Shown piece after piece: positions 34,551-47,972 of a stretch of DNA of 64,000 nucleotides (positions within the stretch are counted from its first letter, which is position 1; the number at the start of each line of letters is the position of its first letter). The stretch spans positions 20,000,303 to 20,064,302 of the forward strand of contig CM082577.2 in assembly GCA_040954595.2 (NCBI GenBank), written 5' to 3'. Position numbers and translations under genes: made by a program. The notes beneath the pieces are model-generated. The model worked only from the letters and a program-made list of their open reading frames with translations, was not told where the DNA came from and did no database searches. Source of the DNA: Balanoglossus misakiensis. Lineage: Eukaryota; Animalia; Hemichordata.

Positions 34551-37435
34551 CCTAATTTGATGTCTTATCGTCTTGAAATCCCAACCGTTAAGTGTTTTGG
34601 AGGTGACAAGGGAGCTGAATAGCACTTTTGCAGAATAAATACAAAACTGACTTTTTGGCCAAACCTGGTCGTATACATGTAACTTTATTGTCAAAAGGTG
34701 TTAATCTTCTGTACTCTAATAACAGGGCATGTTTTGTTGGAATGGGTAGACACTACAAATGTTAGCATCCTCTTTGAGTATTGATTGGCAAGTTGTTTAC
34801 TCGCTACTTCAAGTCGGTCTGCTTTCTGAGCTAATTCATGTGTGTTTGAGGAAAGTTTACAGAAGAGGATGAGCACGGTCTTTTCTTCCCTAGGCTAAAG
34901 TGAAACTTTGGTTGATGTTTTGAAGCATGGTTCAGCTACGAGGCGATTGTGACCAACGCTGTGTACAAATGTATTTTGAAAACTAAGACATATTTGTTTG
35001 CCCACTGAATACATTTAGCATTGCATGTGATTGAGGTGTCATATGAAAAAAAAAACAGGGGAATTCACCCAGTACATGTATCTTTCCTTTGACATCCCCT
35101 CTGATACTAAAGAAAAGCTTATTAAGTATTCAATCGAAAATGTTTTAGTGCTTTTGACAAAATCCACAACAAGAACTGAGGCCATGGTTAGATTAGAATC
35201 CTTTGACATGCAAATACTAATAGCCAGTTAATCAATTTTTAGCTCTGCTGTCATTTGTGTCAGCCGAGCTGTAGCAGTAGGTTGATAAGTGTCCGTCCGT
35301 CGTCTGTCGTCCGTCAACTTTTGGTATTTCAATCTTCTTCTTTAATAAACAACTTGGCATATTTAGCTGAAATTTGGTTGGAATGTGTGTTATGGTGCCC
35401 TTACCTGATTTTGTTAATTTGGATTTGATGGGGTCATGAATATGCAAATTATATCTAAAAATTCCATTGTTCTCGCACTGAAGATAGTATACGGTATTTC
35501 ACTCGGTGAAATACCGCGTCCGCATCTTGAACTATTTTTGAGAACGCGCTGAAATCATCACACAGCATTGACTCAGTGATCGGCGCGATAGTTCGCTACA
35601 TGCGCGCAAGGCATACGGCGCATAGGACTCTAGTGGAGAGGGGTGTTGTGAAATTCGGTTATTAGAAGCTGTAATAAAGTTTTCAAAGCTGGCGGTTTTG
35701 TCATGTTGAATGTATCATTTTTACTTCTTCGGAATTCTCAATGCGAAATAATTGTTAACATGATATTTTGAAGGAGAACGTACTAGACAATTTTATTTAG
35801 AATGTAGATGTGCCCATCGTAATCTGTGCTCTCGCTGTCGCTCGTAACGCTCGTAAATTACGAACAAAAATGGAAATTTACGAAAATAAATAGACATCTG
35901 ATCGGGAATTTACGAACAACTTTTTTATTTTTGAAGCCCGATTTTCGGTAGAAAATCTCTCTATGTCGCCCGATGATCAAATGATCAGGAATTTACGAAC
36001 AATTTTATTTTTTGAAGCCTAATTTTCAGTTAAAAATGAACATGAAAGTGAACATCGCATCAGTCAAAGCGATCGCGATGATCGATCGAGAAAAGTCCTG
36101 GTCAGGAGGGTCACGCGCAAAGGACTTCCGGGTAGCCTCGAGTAGACATATGTACGTTTCAATGCGTCTGGGCGACCACTTTCTTTGAAGCATTTACGTA
36201 GAATATTTTCGATATTATTGGAAACCGGACATTTAGTTGTGCACAGATTAGTACCAAGTTCGTTCTCTGTGATTTTTTTGGCTCGCTTGATTTTTTAACC
36301 GTCTATTCGGATCGATGTACTGGCCGCGGGGCTATGCGCATACGCCAACGGGGCGTTGCTGCATGATGGCCGCCGAGCGTGTAAAGCTTTACCGTAGGCC
36401 AACATACCGTTGCCGCTTTTTGATTCGTTCTATTACAACTCAGTTTTCTTCTCAAAAATGTAGCATTTAAAAAAATACCATACCAACCCGCAAATAAACG
36501 AAAACCAATTATTTCACGCACAATGAGTACAATAAATAAATCACATGCTTTTTTCGAGGAGAGTTGCCACTGACTGTGTTGATGATAATGACCTGACATG
36601 TAGATTGATCAATAATGTCCTTAGGTTAACCAAAATGGCACACTATTTGGGTGAGGACTATATTGACCCTGATGAGAGTATCCATGGCACCTGAGTCCTG
36701 TACTGTCATGTAATTAAGTTTTACAAATGTACAATTTACACGTACATGCAATATGTCACAAATTTGAGAGTTCAGTAAAAGAACACATGTTTGAAAAATC
36801 ATGGAGTTTGTTGATTTGTGTATATCTGTCTGTTTGAATTGTGATCAGGTTTTATTTAATTTGCCTACGATGAATTTGAGTGTTTGTGAAAATCAGGGGG
36901 GGGGGGGGTCAAGAAATAATTTGTATTTACTAATTTTTTTCAACCCCAATTCGTAAATTTACTAACAGTTTTGAAAAGCCAGGGAGAGCACAGGTAATGA
37001 AAGCTGCCAACCCCCTTAGAATAATACTACATCCTACACGTTGATCACCTGCCCGCATCGCCCGGTTCAATTTCCGGCCGTGAAATTGTTTTTCTCGGCG
37101 CATTTTCGCAAATCGTACTGTTTTATAGGTAGGCATATATGATAAAGGGGTTATTACACGAATTTTGGTCGATAACGCGACGCATTCTTGTGATGTCCGT
37201 ATTTTGACGAGTTGCGAAAATTCGTGTAATAACCCCTAAATAATCACCACAAGGGTCATACCTACCAAATTGCAATGAAATCTGACAAGAATAAAAGAAA
37301 ATAATTTTTGTAGAATAATTGCAAATATTTCCCAATAACACAAATTTCACATTTTTTTTACAATATGTTGCAATAATTTTATCAATGTACTCGAAGGTTA
37401 CATTTTGAGACAATTAGGGCTACGCCAACAACCTA

Positions 37436-37979
37436 CAGTGCAGCTTAGGAATAGCTTTCCAATTTGCTAACAACTTGCTGACACGGTGTTTAGAATGAGC
37501 CAACACAGTGTTAGCCTGTGTGTTCCAAGTGTTACAAAGGTGTGAATCTGTTGGCCCTGGCACTTGGCATTGTTCAGTGTTAGCATGTGCTACAAAGGTG
37601 TTAAACCTTGGCGCACCCTATTGTTTTGGCACACAGTGTTAGCCTGTGTGTTCCAAGTGTTACAAAGGTGTGAATCTGTTGGCCCTGGCACTTGGCATTG
37701 TTCAGTGTTAGCACCTTGGCGCACCCTATTGTTTTGGCACACAGTGTTAGCCCATGTGTCACAAGTGTTACAAAGGTGTGAATCTGTTGGCCCTGGCACT
37801 TGGCATTGTTCAGTGTGAAACCTTGGTGCACCCTATTGTTTTGGCACACCCCAGTTAAACACAAGCCCAATAGGTGCTAATTAGAGCGCCAATAGGGTGC
37901 CAACCCAGAGTTGACCCAGTGTTTAAACAGAGTTGACCCAGTGTTGGTGCAGTTGGAAAGCTATTCCTAAGCTGCACTG
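37436..37979. mobile_element. TA-flanked MITE with three internal ~110-130-bp repeats
   Basis: TA|CAGTGCAGCTTAGGAATAGCTTTCCAA ... TTGGAAAGCTATTCCTAAGCTGCACTG|TA. CACAGTGTTAGCC..GGCCCTGGCACTTGGCATTG repeated three times. Confidence 0.85.
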
Positions 37980-38617
37980 TAATCAAGATATGCAAATTAG
38001 GTAAAGACGCACTCAAAAGAGCAGAGGACGCAGTTTGTGGTTTCAGTGCGTCCCCAGAGACCAAGGATATAAAAAACACGCGCGGCCACTGAAGCTCGCT
38101 AATGATACTGTGATCAATGCACGGCGCATCGTACGGACTGAACATTTGTGATAGCCCGAGTGGGCTACCAAAATTGGAAAATGGTAGCCCCAAGACAGGT
38201 TTTGGTAGCCCCTGGCCCTGGGGCTACCGTTAATTTTGAGCCCTGATTTTATGCCCATAGAGTAAGTGCCCTTTAATGAAAAAATTTGCTTGATTTAATC
38301 ATATTTAACGCAAGAAAGACACATGGACACAATATTGGCATTGCAGAAATTGTGGGGTTGACTCCAGCGATGCATCGTAGCGGCCTTTCCAGTGATACAA
38401 ATCGCAGATTTGATTGGCATCAATGGAGGGCAACGTAGCAGTCGCGTGAAGCCCCGCCGCTGCAGTGCGTGTGCCTGGCGTCAAAGCGGCCTGCAACAGG
38501 ATGCGAGACTCTTGAACTGCCTCACATCACGTGTCAGACAGCATGGTACCATGGAGACACGGCGTGCTCTGCAACAGCAGTCCCCTGACTTTATTGAATA
38601 AGAATAAAATAATAATT

Positions 38618-39188
38618 ATATTATATCATGCTACTGTCCGTGATTCTGATTGGACGAGAGCTGAATCCAGCCATGGTAAAATACTGTTTTACCATGGCTA
38701 GCAGTGGTAAAACGGGCCCCTGAACTAGCATTCGGCAGCAAAAATGTGCGGTTAAACCACAGTCGCGCGTGTTTAAACCAAATAAATAAAACAAAAATAC
38801 TGTTGAATTAACGGACGTTTTATTTTGGAACTGCTCTATGGATATATTTGTCGCTTTGCCACGCGCGATGCCCGTCTTGTCACTTTTTGTCGTCTGCTGC
38901 ATGTTTAATGCTCGATCCCGGCCGCACGTGTTTACATTCGTCGTCGCCATTTTGGTTCACGATCGTAATTTCTCTTTCTGACGCCGTTTCGGTAAGAAAA
39001 TGACACTGATATGCCACAAAAACAGTTGTTGATATAATATAATAGCAATAACCCCCGCCTCAGTCGGGTATACACTCGATTTGGGTACAATTCGCTCCAT
39101 ATAGCACTCGCCTGACGGCTCGTGCTATATGTCTCGAATTGTACCCAAATCTCGTGTATACCCGCCTGCGGCGGGGGTTATTGCTTAA
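38618..39188. mobile_element. Crypton-like non-autonomous element with terminal mismatched hairpin
   Basis: Starts TTATATCATGC..GATTCTGATTGG and ends in a 142-bp imperfect palindrome at 39044-39185 centred on GCC-TGAC-GGC. Confidence 0.55.
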
Positions 39189-39597
39189 ATAAAGTTACAT
39201 GGAAACTTGAACTCAGGGTGGGATGGTGGGAAAGTTGCGCACGATGCGAGAGCTTTGTGCAGAATGACTAAGTTCTGGTTGTGACGTAACAGGAAAACTC
39301 GGTAAAGGTCACTGTTGCATAGATTAAACTGCGTGAGTTAAAGGTCAGGTGTGCATAATGATGAGCCGGGTGCTCATTGGACGGGTGTTTGTAAAGGTCA
39401 AGTTTGCATAAAGTGTAATCAGGGATGTACCAATGTAGGCATGGGTAGAGTGACAGAGGCATGTTGCCATATCTCGCGTTAACACAGATTACATGCCATT
39501 ACATGTAATCATACCAGGAGATGAGACCAGTATTAAGTCATGATAGAAGACATGTAAGAACACTAATATTATTTTGGACCATCTTGATTTATTTCAG

Positions 39598-39709
39598 AGT
39601 TGCTTTTTTCCCACTTCATATTGGAGACCATGTATTTATTGAAGAAGACTGTGTTGTTAATGCAGCTCAAGTAGGATCTTATGTACATATTGGGAAAAAT
39701 TGTGTTATA
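39598..39709 (+). CDS. DCTN5: DCTN5 exon 4
   Basis: tttcag|A+[37 protein letters not shown]|gtaagt, 112 nt. Confidence 0.97.
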
Positions 39710-40626
39710 GTAAGTACTGTGCAGTGTTTGTTGCTTTTCTGTAACACTATACGTGATACCAACACAAGTTGTCCAAGTTTGAGGTACATGCATCTGCCAC
39801 TTCGTACCAATTATCAAACCATTAGATTCTAGACAGTTACAAAACTCGACTGTCTGCAATCATTATTGTTACAGCAGTTATAATATAAATCTATTTGACT
39901 TCATTTCAAAGCTGAAACACGTTTTGATTTTGTCCACCATGCAAACCGTTCCTACAAGTGCCAAACTTACTGTGGACATCAGAAGGCACTGGAAGTCATA
40001 CATGTCGCTGCTAAGTTTTGATTTGAAGTCACTTCTTAGTGGATATCTACATGTACTTCAGTAACATCATCTTCCAAAATTGACGGCAAAATCAAAGAAT
40101 GAATTTGTTATAATGCATGCTCCTGGGACACAAATATCATAAACTTTGACCCCAACAACATATGGCATTCTGGGGGAACAACAAGTATTATGTATGCTAA
40201 TTTTATGCGATGTTGACCTGCGTTACTAATCAGTCAAATGAAACTTAAGGTATAGATGTAGTTTGTTGGCTCTGGAAGTCAATTTTTTTTATCAAAATAT
40301 TAATAGCTTGAATTCTGCCAGAGTTATTGCCACTTTAATTATATGCTTTGACCAGCAAAATGTATTCTGAGTAGATTGTTATGCAAACAAGCTATTATCT
40401 CCAATTAAGTTTCACAGCTGGTCAGGAACGTTCATATTTAAATAGCTCTTACAGTTTTTGTTAGGTCCCATTTTGGTATATGTATATATACCATGGGACC
40501 TTATGGAATCAGTTGCGTCTGTCTGTCTGTCTGTCTGTTTGTCTGTATGTGTGTGTGTGTGTGTATGTACATGTATGTATGTATGTACGAAGTATGAGGT
40601 TCGACTGGTCCGATACGGAGTGCTCA

Positions 40627-41512
40627 ATACTATAGTAGAGCAAAATATAAAGTAAGGGTAGCTGGAGAAACGATAGGTGGTATAATCTCTACAATGTTGT
40701 TTCGTGAGTCACTGGACTCCCTCATCAGGAGACTAAACTGGAGAAAATGTGAAGGGGAAGACGTGGTTATATGCAGGTGGTGGAATGTTGGTTGGGAAGG
40801 GCAGTTTTGCATAACAATGTGTAGCTGGTGATGTGAATGTGTTGTGTGGGGAGTTTCTAGATTTAATTTGTTGCATAACAATGCTTTGTGTCTGTGTCCA
40901 CAAGAGGACACGAGTTCGTTTCTTTTATTGAGTGTGGAAATTTCTGGGTTGCGAATGATAATAAATTTCTCTGTTAATCAGAGGTTGCACCATTTGGTAG
41001 CACTGTCAAATGACTTGGCTTTGGCTAAGATTTTCCAAGAAATAGTGTGGGTGATATCGTTGTCCTTCAGTGTCCAAATATGTTTGCTGAGTTCAGTGGA
41101 GTTTCTCGAGCGTGGGAGTCAGAATGATGAAGTGTGGTTTCTGTATCTCATCTTGAAGTCGTTCTCAGTTAACCCAATGTACTTCATGATGTAATGTGGT
41201 CTATTCGTGTAACTGTGGCCTTGTGGATGACGACATTTTGTAGGTCGAGCGGGCATTTGTCCTTTTGTCAGCAGTTAAAGGTCTCGGCTGTGTTGTTGTT
41301 GTTGCTATGTTATTTCGTGTTGTTCATGCAGCTGTGGCTGATTTTCATCGTGTTCCTGTTGAATATTTTCCTGAGCTTGTTATCTTGTGGGAAACATTTG
41401 TTTCCGAAGAGGAGGAATTTCGTTGTAAGTTGGGGGTCTAGCTTGTAGAAGTTTGTGGTTTTGTCCGCGGCGATCAGTAGTTTGGTTCTTTCTTGATGCG
41501 TTGGGCGTTGTC
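40627..41512 (-). mobile_element. Internally deleted Penelope-like element (GIY-YIG endonuclease plus pseudo-LTR)
   Basis: Minus-strand ADKTTNFYKLD joined to FPQDNKLRKIFNRNTMKISHSCMNN, YIGLTENDFKMRYRNH, STELSKHIWTLKD..ISWKIL, CNL.LTEKFII and LNKRNELVSSCGH. Confidence 0.82.
40683..40735 (-). ncRNA. Minimal type I hammerhead ribozyme in the Penelope-like pseudo-LTR
   Basis: Minus strand TAGTCTC-CTGATGA-GGGAGTC cagt GACTCAC-GAA-ACA acat TGT-A-GAGATTA. Core CUGAUGA/GAAA, 7-bp stem I, stem II with one G.A mismatch, GUA cleavage triplet. Confidence 0.8.
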
Positions 41513-41515
41513 TTT

Positions 41516-42250
41516 TTTAGGTCCCATTTGGTTTATATTATGTATATATATACTATGGGACCTTATGGGATCAGTTGCGTCTGTATGTATGTATGTATGG
41601 ATGGATGTATGTATGTATGGATGGATGTATGTCTGTATGTCCGTCCACATCAAAAACTTGAAAACCGCTGCGCGTATAACCTCGATATTTGGTGTGTAGA
41701 TGCAGGCCGGGCTGTAGATAGGAGTTTGTTCAAACGAAGTTGTCATTGCCAAAAATATGCAAATTAGCTGGAAAAATGTGAAATTGGTCAAAACTCTGAA
41801 ACTCAACAACTACTGGTCAGATTGTTTTGAAAATTGATATGCATGTACCTAATGTCAACCTCATACAGTCCTGTATGTTGCTTCCTTTAAGTGGTCTGAG
41901 TTTCTATAGTTTTGTTCAAATTGTTGCAAAATTTGCATATTGATTATTTTGAGCAATTTTTAGACAAAAATCCTTTTCTCCAAAACCGCATGTCAGATTG
42001 CTTTGCAATTTGGGAGGCATGTTCCTTGTAGTGATTGAAGTAAGATATTGTACAATTTTGGTGATATTTGCATATTTGTGTTTATTGTTTATGATACAAT
42101 TTCATAACACATATATGTGCAGCTTTTATTCAATTCTGATATCAGAAATTTTCAATATTTAGTGAGTGTTTAGTAAGTTTCTTTGTTTTTGTTTAGCAAA
42201 TCTTCTCCTAAACCAATTGTCCAGTTGTTTTTAAAGTTATTTTTTACAAG
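41516..42250 (+). mobile_element. HINE/DINE-1-like element (GGTCCCA..TGGGACC family)
   Basis: TTTTAGGTCCCA..TGGGACCT 5' inverted repeat, (GTAT/GGAT)n core and shared body. Other copies at ~30400-30700, 40461-40590 and 47973-48987. Confidence 0.7.
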
Positions 42251-42694
42251 GAGTTGTTACCCCCAACTTAGACATGTTTATATAACTTTATTAGGCCAGC
42301 TGTTACAGAGACCACCAGCTATTTTATTATTAACTAGCGCTAGGTCAGTGAATGCCTCTGTCTGTCTGTCTGTCTGTCCCAGAGCTGAATGAAAGAAGTT
42401 GCTTGTCATACTCATATGCGTTCTTACAGACAGTTTTTGGTCAAAAATCAGTTTTTCTAGCACTGCTTGTAAGATTTCTATGACAATGACACTTGATTGG
42501 GCATGTTCGTAGTGAATTTTTTTTACATTTCCATATTTTTTAAATTTATATATGTTTATATCATATCTGCTTGTCAATGTCATCGGGTACCTGTGATTTT
42601 AATTCTGGTGTATACCTATTTCTCTTTAATCCCCAAATTGGACTGGTCACAGTGTCCTTGACGCTATTTTTAATTTATCTTGTTTTCTTTGTAG

Positions 42695-42797
42695 GGTCGT
42701 AGATGTGTTTTGAAAGATTGTTGTGCAATAGCTGAGAACACTGTTCTTCCTCCTGAAACAGTTGTACCACCATTCACAGTATTTTCAGGTTCACCAG
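42695..42797 (+). CDS. DCTN5: DCTN5 exon 5
   Basis: ttgtag|[34 protein letters not shown]+G|gtaatg, 103 nt. Confidence 0.97.
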
Positions 42798-42908
42798 GTA
42801 ATGAAATTTTATTGCATAGATAATATGTACGTACACTTCAAGCCAAAGACAACATTCTTATGATGGAGTTTTAGCTCCTTTTGTCCATTATCCATGCATA
42901 TATACATG

Positions 42909-42992
42909 TACATACATACATACATACATACATACATACATACATACATACATACATACATACATACATACATACATACATACATACATACA

Positions 42993-43023
<31 letters not shown>

Positions 43024-43056
43024 GCATGCATGCATGCATACATACATACATACATA
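42909..43056. repeat. (CATA)n microsatellite in DCTN5 intron 5
   Basis: Directly visible, with a short (CATG)n interruption. Confidence 0.97.
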
Positions 43057-43325
43057 AACATGTCTCTATGTCACTTACCTATTTGCAACAGTCACAGGGG
43101 GTGCCATTTCTACAGCAATAAAAGAGTGTAAATAATTCCAATGGGATTTGTGAAAGATTTTAATTGAATTACATGTATTATTTTATTGACACAAGATTCC
43201 AAGGTAACATTCTCTTATAAACATTTTTTTTTAAATGTAAGTAAAATTCAGCAGAATTAGTGGTAACTATGTAATTAACAATGATTTGGTTTTGCATAAT
43301 AATACTGCATAATTGTTTTTTTCAG

Positions 43326-43426
43326 GAGTATTTACTGAAGAGCTGCCGGAATGCACACAAGATATTATGATAGATGTTACTAAGGGTTATTATCAACACT
43401 TTTTGCCAGTCCAAGAAGTCAAATAG
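43326..43426 (+). CDS. DCTN5: DCTN5 exon 6 (terminal coding exon)
   Basis: tttcag|GA+[32 protein letters not shown]. The six exons total 552 nt = 183 aa plus stop. Confidence 0.97.
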
Positions 43427-44218
43427 CAAAGTTAATTTCAGAAGTAAAAATATTTATTTATTTATTGAACGGATAAAGTTGCCATCTTTTGACATTATTT
43501 TGGTCATTTTTGTATTTTTCATGAAATGTTTTGCTGCATACTAATCCATTATCAACTCCTACTATGTTAGAGCCATACACTCATACTTCTGATATGAGCC
43601 CCCATGCACATGCATATACATGACACGCACACACACATACTACTTTTGTAGTAACAATGAATTGACATAATTTCACCATCAAAAAATGAAACAAATGACC
43701 AAAATAATATCAAATGTTAAAATTCTTGGCCCTTCAGATAATCATTGTTCTTCATCATATATCTCGTTTTGCAAAACCCTTAAAATAGACTTTTAAACGT
43801 AAAAAATATAATGGACAGTATCCAGACCAGACAATTATTAACATGAAATATTTTATTACCTAAAATTCCATTGACTGTGATCTTGTATATGTCCCATTTT
43901 TTATCAAAGCAAAGGAGAGTATATTGCAATTGATATTCTTTAAAAGATTTTCCATCAGTTAGAATGATAAAAACCATGTTTTCCAAAGAGGCATGACTAG
44001 AATTGAGACAACCTTTTGGCACAGTTTAACACTTTCACCCCAGTTCACTAATACCATGGCATAGAAAGCAGTGGATTTGGACCAAGCCATGGTGCTGAAA
44101 GAGCATGTATTCAATGTATGTTTGAAGAAATGAACTGCATTTCATGAGTACTTTTGGATAAAAATGTCTGTCTTTGTAGTTAGCATATCAAACTTGTTAA
44201 ATTTTTTTCACATTTTTA

Positions 44219-45298
44219 GGGACCGTTCAGTTTTTACGGCAGGGGGGGGGGGGGCGGCAAGTTTGTGTCATCGGTTCTCAAAATCAGGCCGACCCCCCCT
44301 TCACCCAGGACCAAAAAATGATGACCCCCCCCCCCCCTTTGACAGACCCAAAAATTTGATGACCCCCCCCCCCCCATGCCGAAAACATTCGCCGTCCTGA
44401 TCCTATGTACACTGTATGCAATAAAGGGAATGAGGTTCCTCACACCTCAATTATATATTTCTTAAAGTATTATTGAAGTATATAATTATAGTATATCGTT
44501 GCAATAAAGAAATCTATGATCAAAATAAAATGACAAGTCAATACAATATTTGCTAGAATTGGTAAAACAAGAAAAGTGGTGGGGGTGGGCTTGAAAGAAA
44601 ATTTTGTAAAATAGGGTGCTCAAAGTTGCAATTTAATGAACTCAAAAGCAAATTAACTCAATGTTAGGGAGGACAAATTTTACTTTTGCCACTCCACTCA
44701 AAGTAAGCATCGGGGTGGGGTGACAAGAAGTCTTCCCTGGTACACTAGACAAACCAGTGAATAAATGCAATGTGGCGAAGAATGGAGGGGGTGGGTGTGG
44801 GAGGGGGTGTCCCCCTCCCACATAAAGAAAATTTTGTAAAATATGTAGCGCAAAGTTGCATTTTGATGAACTCAAAAGCAAATTATCTCAATGTTTTGGA
44901 GGACCAATTTTGCTTTTTGCCACTTCACTCAAAGTTAGAAGATTTGGCGTCATCTTGTCATGACATCATTTATAAAACTTCTAGTATATAGAAGATGCAG
45001 CGCGAAACTAACAGTTATGCAAAATGGATTAAACAATTATTTTCCTTTATGTATTCACTTTGTTAAATATTATCATCGGTGGGGTTGGGGTGGCAAGCAC
45101 TCTGCCCTGGTACACTAGACAAACCAGCAAAAAATGAAATGTGGCGGAGAATGAAGGGGTGGGTGTGGGAGGGGGTGTCCCCCTCCCACATTAGAAAATT
45201 TTGTAAAATAAAGGGTGCGAAACTGCAATTTTGTGGACTCAAAAGCAAAAGTTTGGTGGCAAAAGTATGTGACCCCCCCCCTAAACGTTTAAAAAAAA
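44219..45298. mobile_element. Harbinger-like poly-G/C family, right end missing
   Basis: TTA|GGGACCGTTCAGTTTTTACGGC. The distal part aligns to bases 1-450. Confidence 0.7.
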
Positions 45299-45415
45299 CA
45301 GAGGGAGGGATACAGCCGTTATGGGGGAATCACTCTTCTCTTGCTGACGTAATACTCGTTCGAAATACTGGGAGATTATATATAATTAAACAGGGCGATA
45401 ATCATAAGCTGGCGT

Positions 45416-47461
45416 TTTTAGGGGCCCTTGTGCCCCTTCTGTTATTGCTGGAGTTTTTCTTCTTTTTTCTTGACTCGTTTTTTTGTGCCCATTTTTCTCT
45501 GAAATTCCGGCAGCTGCGCCTACCAAATTTGGCACGGTGGTTGGGGCCCATGAGTACTGGTGCACCTGCCCTTTGAATTTGTAATTAGTCACGTGACTTG
45601 GTGGCTATAATCAAGCGAAATTTTCAAATTGACCTAATTTGCCCGTTAATGGCGGCATGTACATTCTTTTCGCAATTTTTGTAGACCATGTGGCCAAAAT
45701 CCCCTGTGCCAAATTTCAAGGTTCTACGCCACGTCGATTCTGAGAAGAAGATTTTTGTAATAGTTTTCGCATTTTTTGGTGGGGTGAGGACGAACACTGG
45801 GGCATCGGACTTTGACCGTCATTACGTAATGTTGGATTGCAGTAGTCCTTGGAAAATCAGCTGAAATACGTAAACAGACCAGTGATTATTTTCCACGGAA
45901 TGAATTTTGGGACAACACATTATCGGAGTTCAGGCTGTGTTAGGGCGTTTTATTGAATTGCGCTGAGTTTGTTAGCTGTTGCCGTTCAAATGTTTCTATC
46001 CAGACCCGGCTACACTGGTTAACATTCAATGTAATGCGGCAGCGGACTTTGACCCTCAGTCGCTAATGTTGTGGGAGGTTTCATTAACATGGTAGTAACA
46101 TGTAGTGGGTAGTAGTTCGCGAAATCGGCCGAAATACGTAAGCAGACCAGTGATTTTCATGCACGAAGGGAGTATGGTACCAGCAATAATCAGAGATCAG
46201 GCTTCGTTGCCATTCAAAAGTTCCTACTTCAGTCAAGACATTGCAACTGGATGTTCAGTATGGGGGTCGGCCCGCAGGTGGCCGTGGAGGTTATCAGGTC
46301 CCCCGTAATGGCACGCAGCTTCATGCAGCTGTATGGGACCAAAATAATACGCCCGATTCGGGGGTCACCTGTGACACCGTACCTGCGTAACTCTATTATG
46401 TGCATGCGTAATTGTGGGGTCAATGAAAGGGATGCTAGCGTGGTATTTGTTGCACATGGATCAATATGAAGTCCGATTTTCCTGTCAAGTTGTGGGCGAC
46501 CTTATGTGACATTTCACCTACTTTTGCTTTAGTGAGCATCCACAGCAGATGCATGCAGCTTTGGCGTGGGGGGGGGGGGGGGGCATATACGGATGGGACC
46601 ATAATGATATACCAAAGGCGGGGTCACCTGTTGCACCTGCCTAAGTCATTGATTTTGTACATTTAATTGGACACTAACCAACAGGGCGATAGGTGTGGTT
46701 TTTGTTCCACAGGGACGAATGTAAGTGTCAGTTGGTTTTTGCCCAAATGTATAAGGTGATTTGGATGACCTCTGTCGTACAGTGCCATATCTCAGCACGT
46801 TGTACAGGTGCAGCTTTGGTATTTGGAGGGATGAAACTATCATTAAATGCCAAATACAGGGGGATACATGTACCTGTGACACCTGCTTGATTCATGTATT
46901 ACGTGCATACCTACATTTGTAATGGTAGGCAAAGTGAAAGGGCTGCAAATGTAGGATTTGTTGCACATGACATAAACAGGAATGAAAATTTTTTGTCAAA
47001 TATTTGGGTGACCTCAGGTGTCCATTGACCTGCTTTCCATATGTTCGCATGTACAGCATATATAGCGAGGTGTTTGGAGGGGTACGGTAGGACTGTCATG
47101 AAATGCTAAATTTCTGGGGCCACCTTGCGTAACTTATTATTATGGCCATGCCTAATTTGACAAACCCAAAGGGCGAGGATTGTCTGTTGTCTTGAATATG
47201 AACCAAATAGGAATCCAAATTTTTGGCCCAATTTTTGGGTACCCTCACCTGACCTTTGAAGTACTTACTGAAGTACTTACAACGTAGAAGTTCACCTTTG
47301 GTTGTTGTGTTTGTACTTGTAGGACATCCATTTCGGGTGGTTGCCTACTTCCCCATATCTCCACATCCAGAGCAAATACAGCCTAGGCATTTGAATGGTA
47401 CAACCCTGAATGGAGTCTAATGGTTATTATCTCTATGCTTGGGCCCATTCAATGCTGCTTG
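45416..47461. mobile_element. HINE-like element (AAAGCTGCAAGCAGC family), inverted relative to the 14299 copy
   Basis: Colinear reverse-complement match to 14299-16290. Ends TGCTTGGGCCCATTCAATGCTGCTTG. Confidence 0.78.
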
Positions 47462-47972
47462 AAATTCGGTTACGATATCTGGTATCTGTCGAGTCAATCT
47501 TATCATAACCATTTTCGCGGAGCTGAATAGTAGTTTATTTTCATATCATCACTGGCAAGATAATTAGTTGAAAGTTTCGGAATTCTTTAACAAAACTGGA
47601 GTTTATATGGAAATAATAAACTATATTAGTATAAATACATACACATATCTGATTTTATAGCAAATACGGATTTTGAGGCGACGTCGCCAGACGCGTTCCA
47701 GCGACGCGACTACATCATACACACGAGGCAACTCACTGAGCAACTAGGGTTGCGCGTCGAGTTGTCTGCCGAGTTGCCTCGTGTAACTCAGCCTTCAGAC
47801 AATCACCCTCTAAAATCAGGTTATCTCTCAAATGGCAAATAAACCCTAACCCAAACCATTGAATATACCCTAATCCTAACATGTCAACAAACAAACGAGA
47901 CCATATTTATAAACGAACAGATCAATAAACAAACATGTTTTACTATGTCAATCAATAACCAAATAAACATTT

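Noticed and set aside
37503-37850. Repeat-spacer-like pattern
   Set aside because: It is an internal tandem duplication within a TA-flanked MITE.
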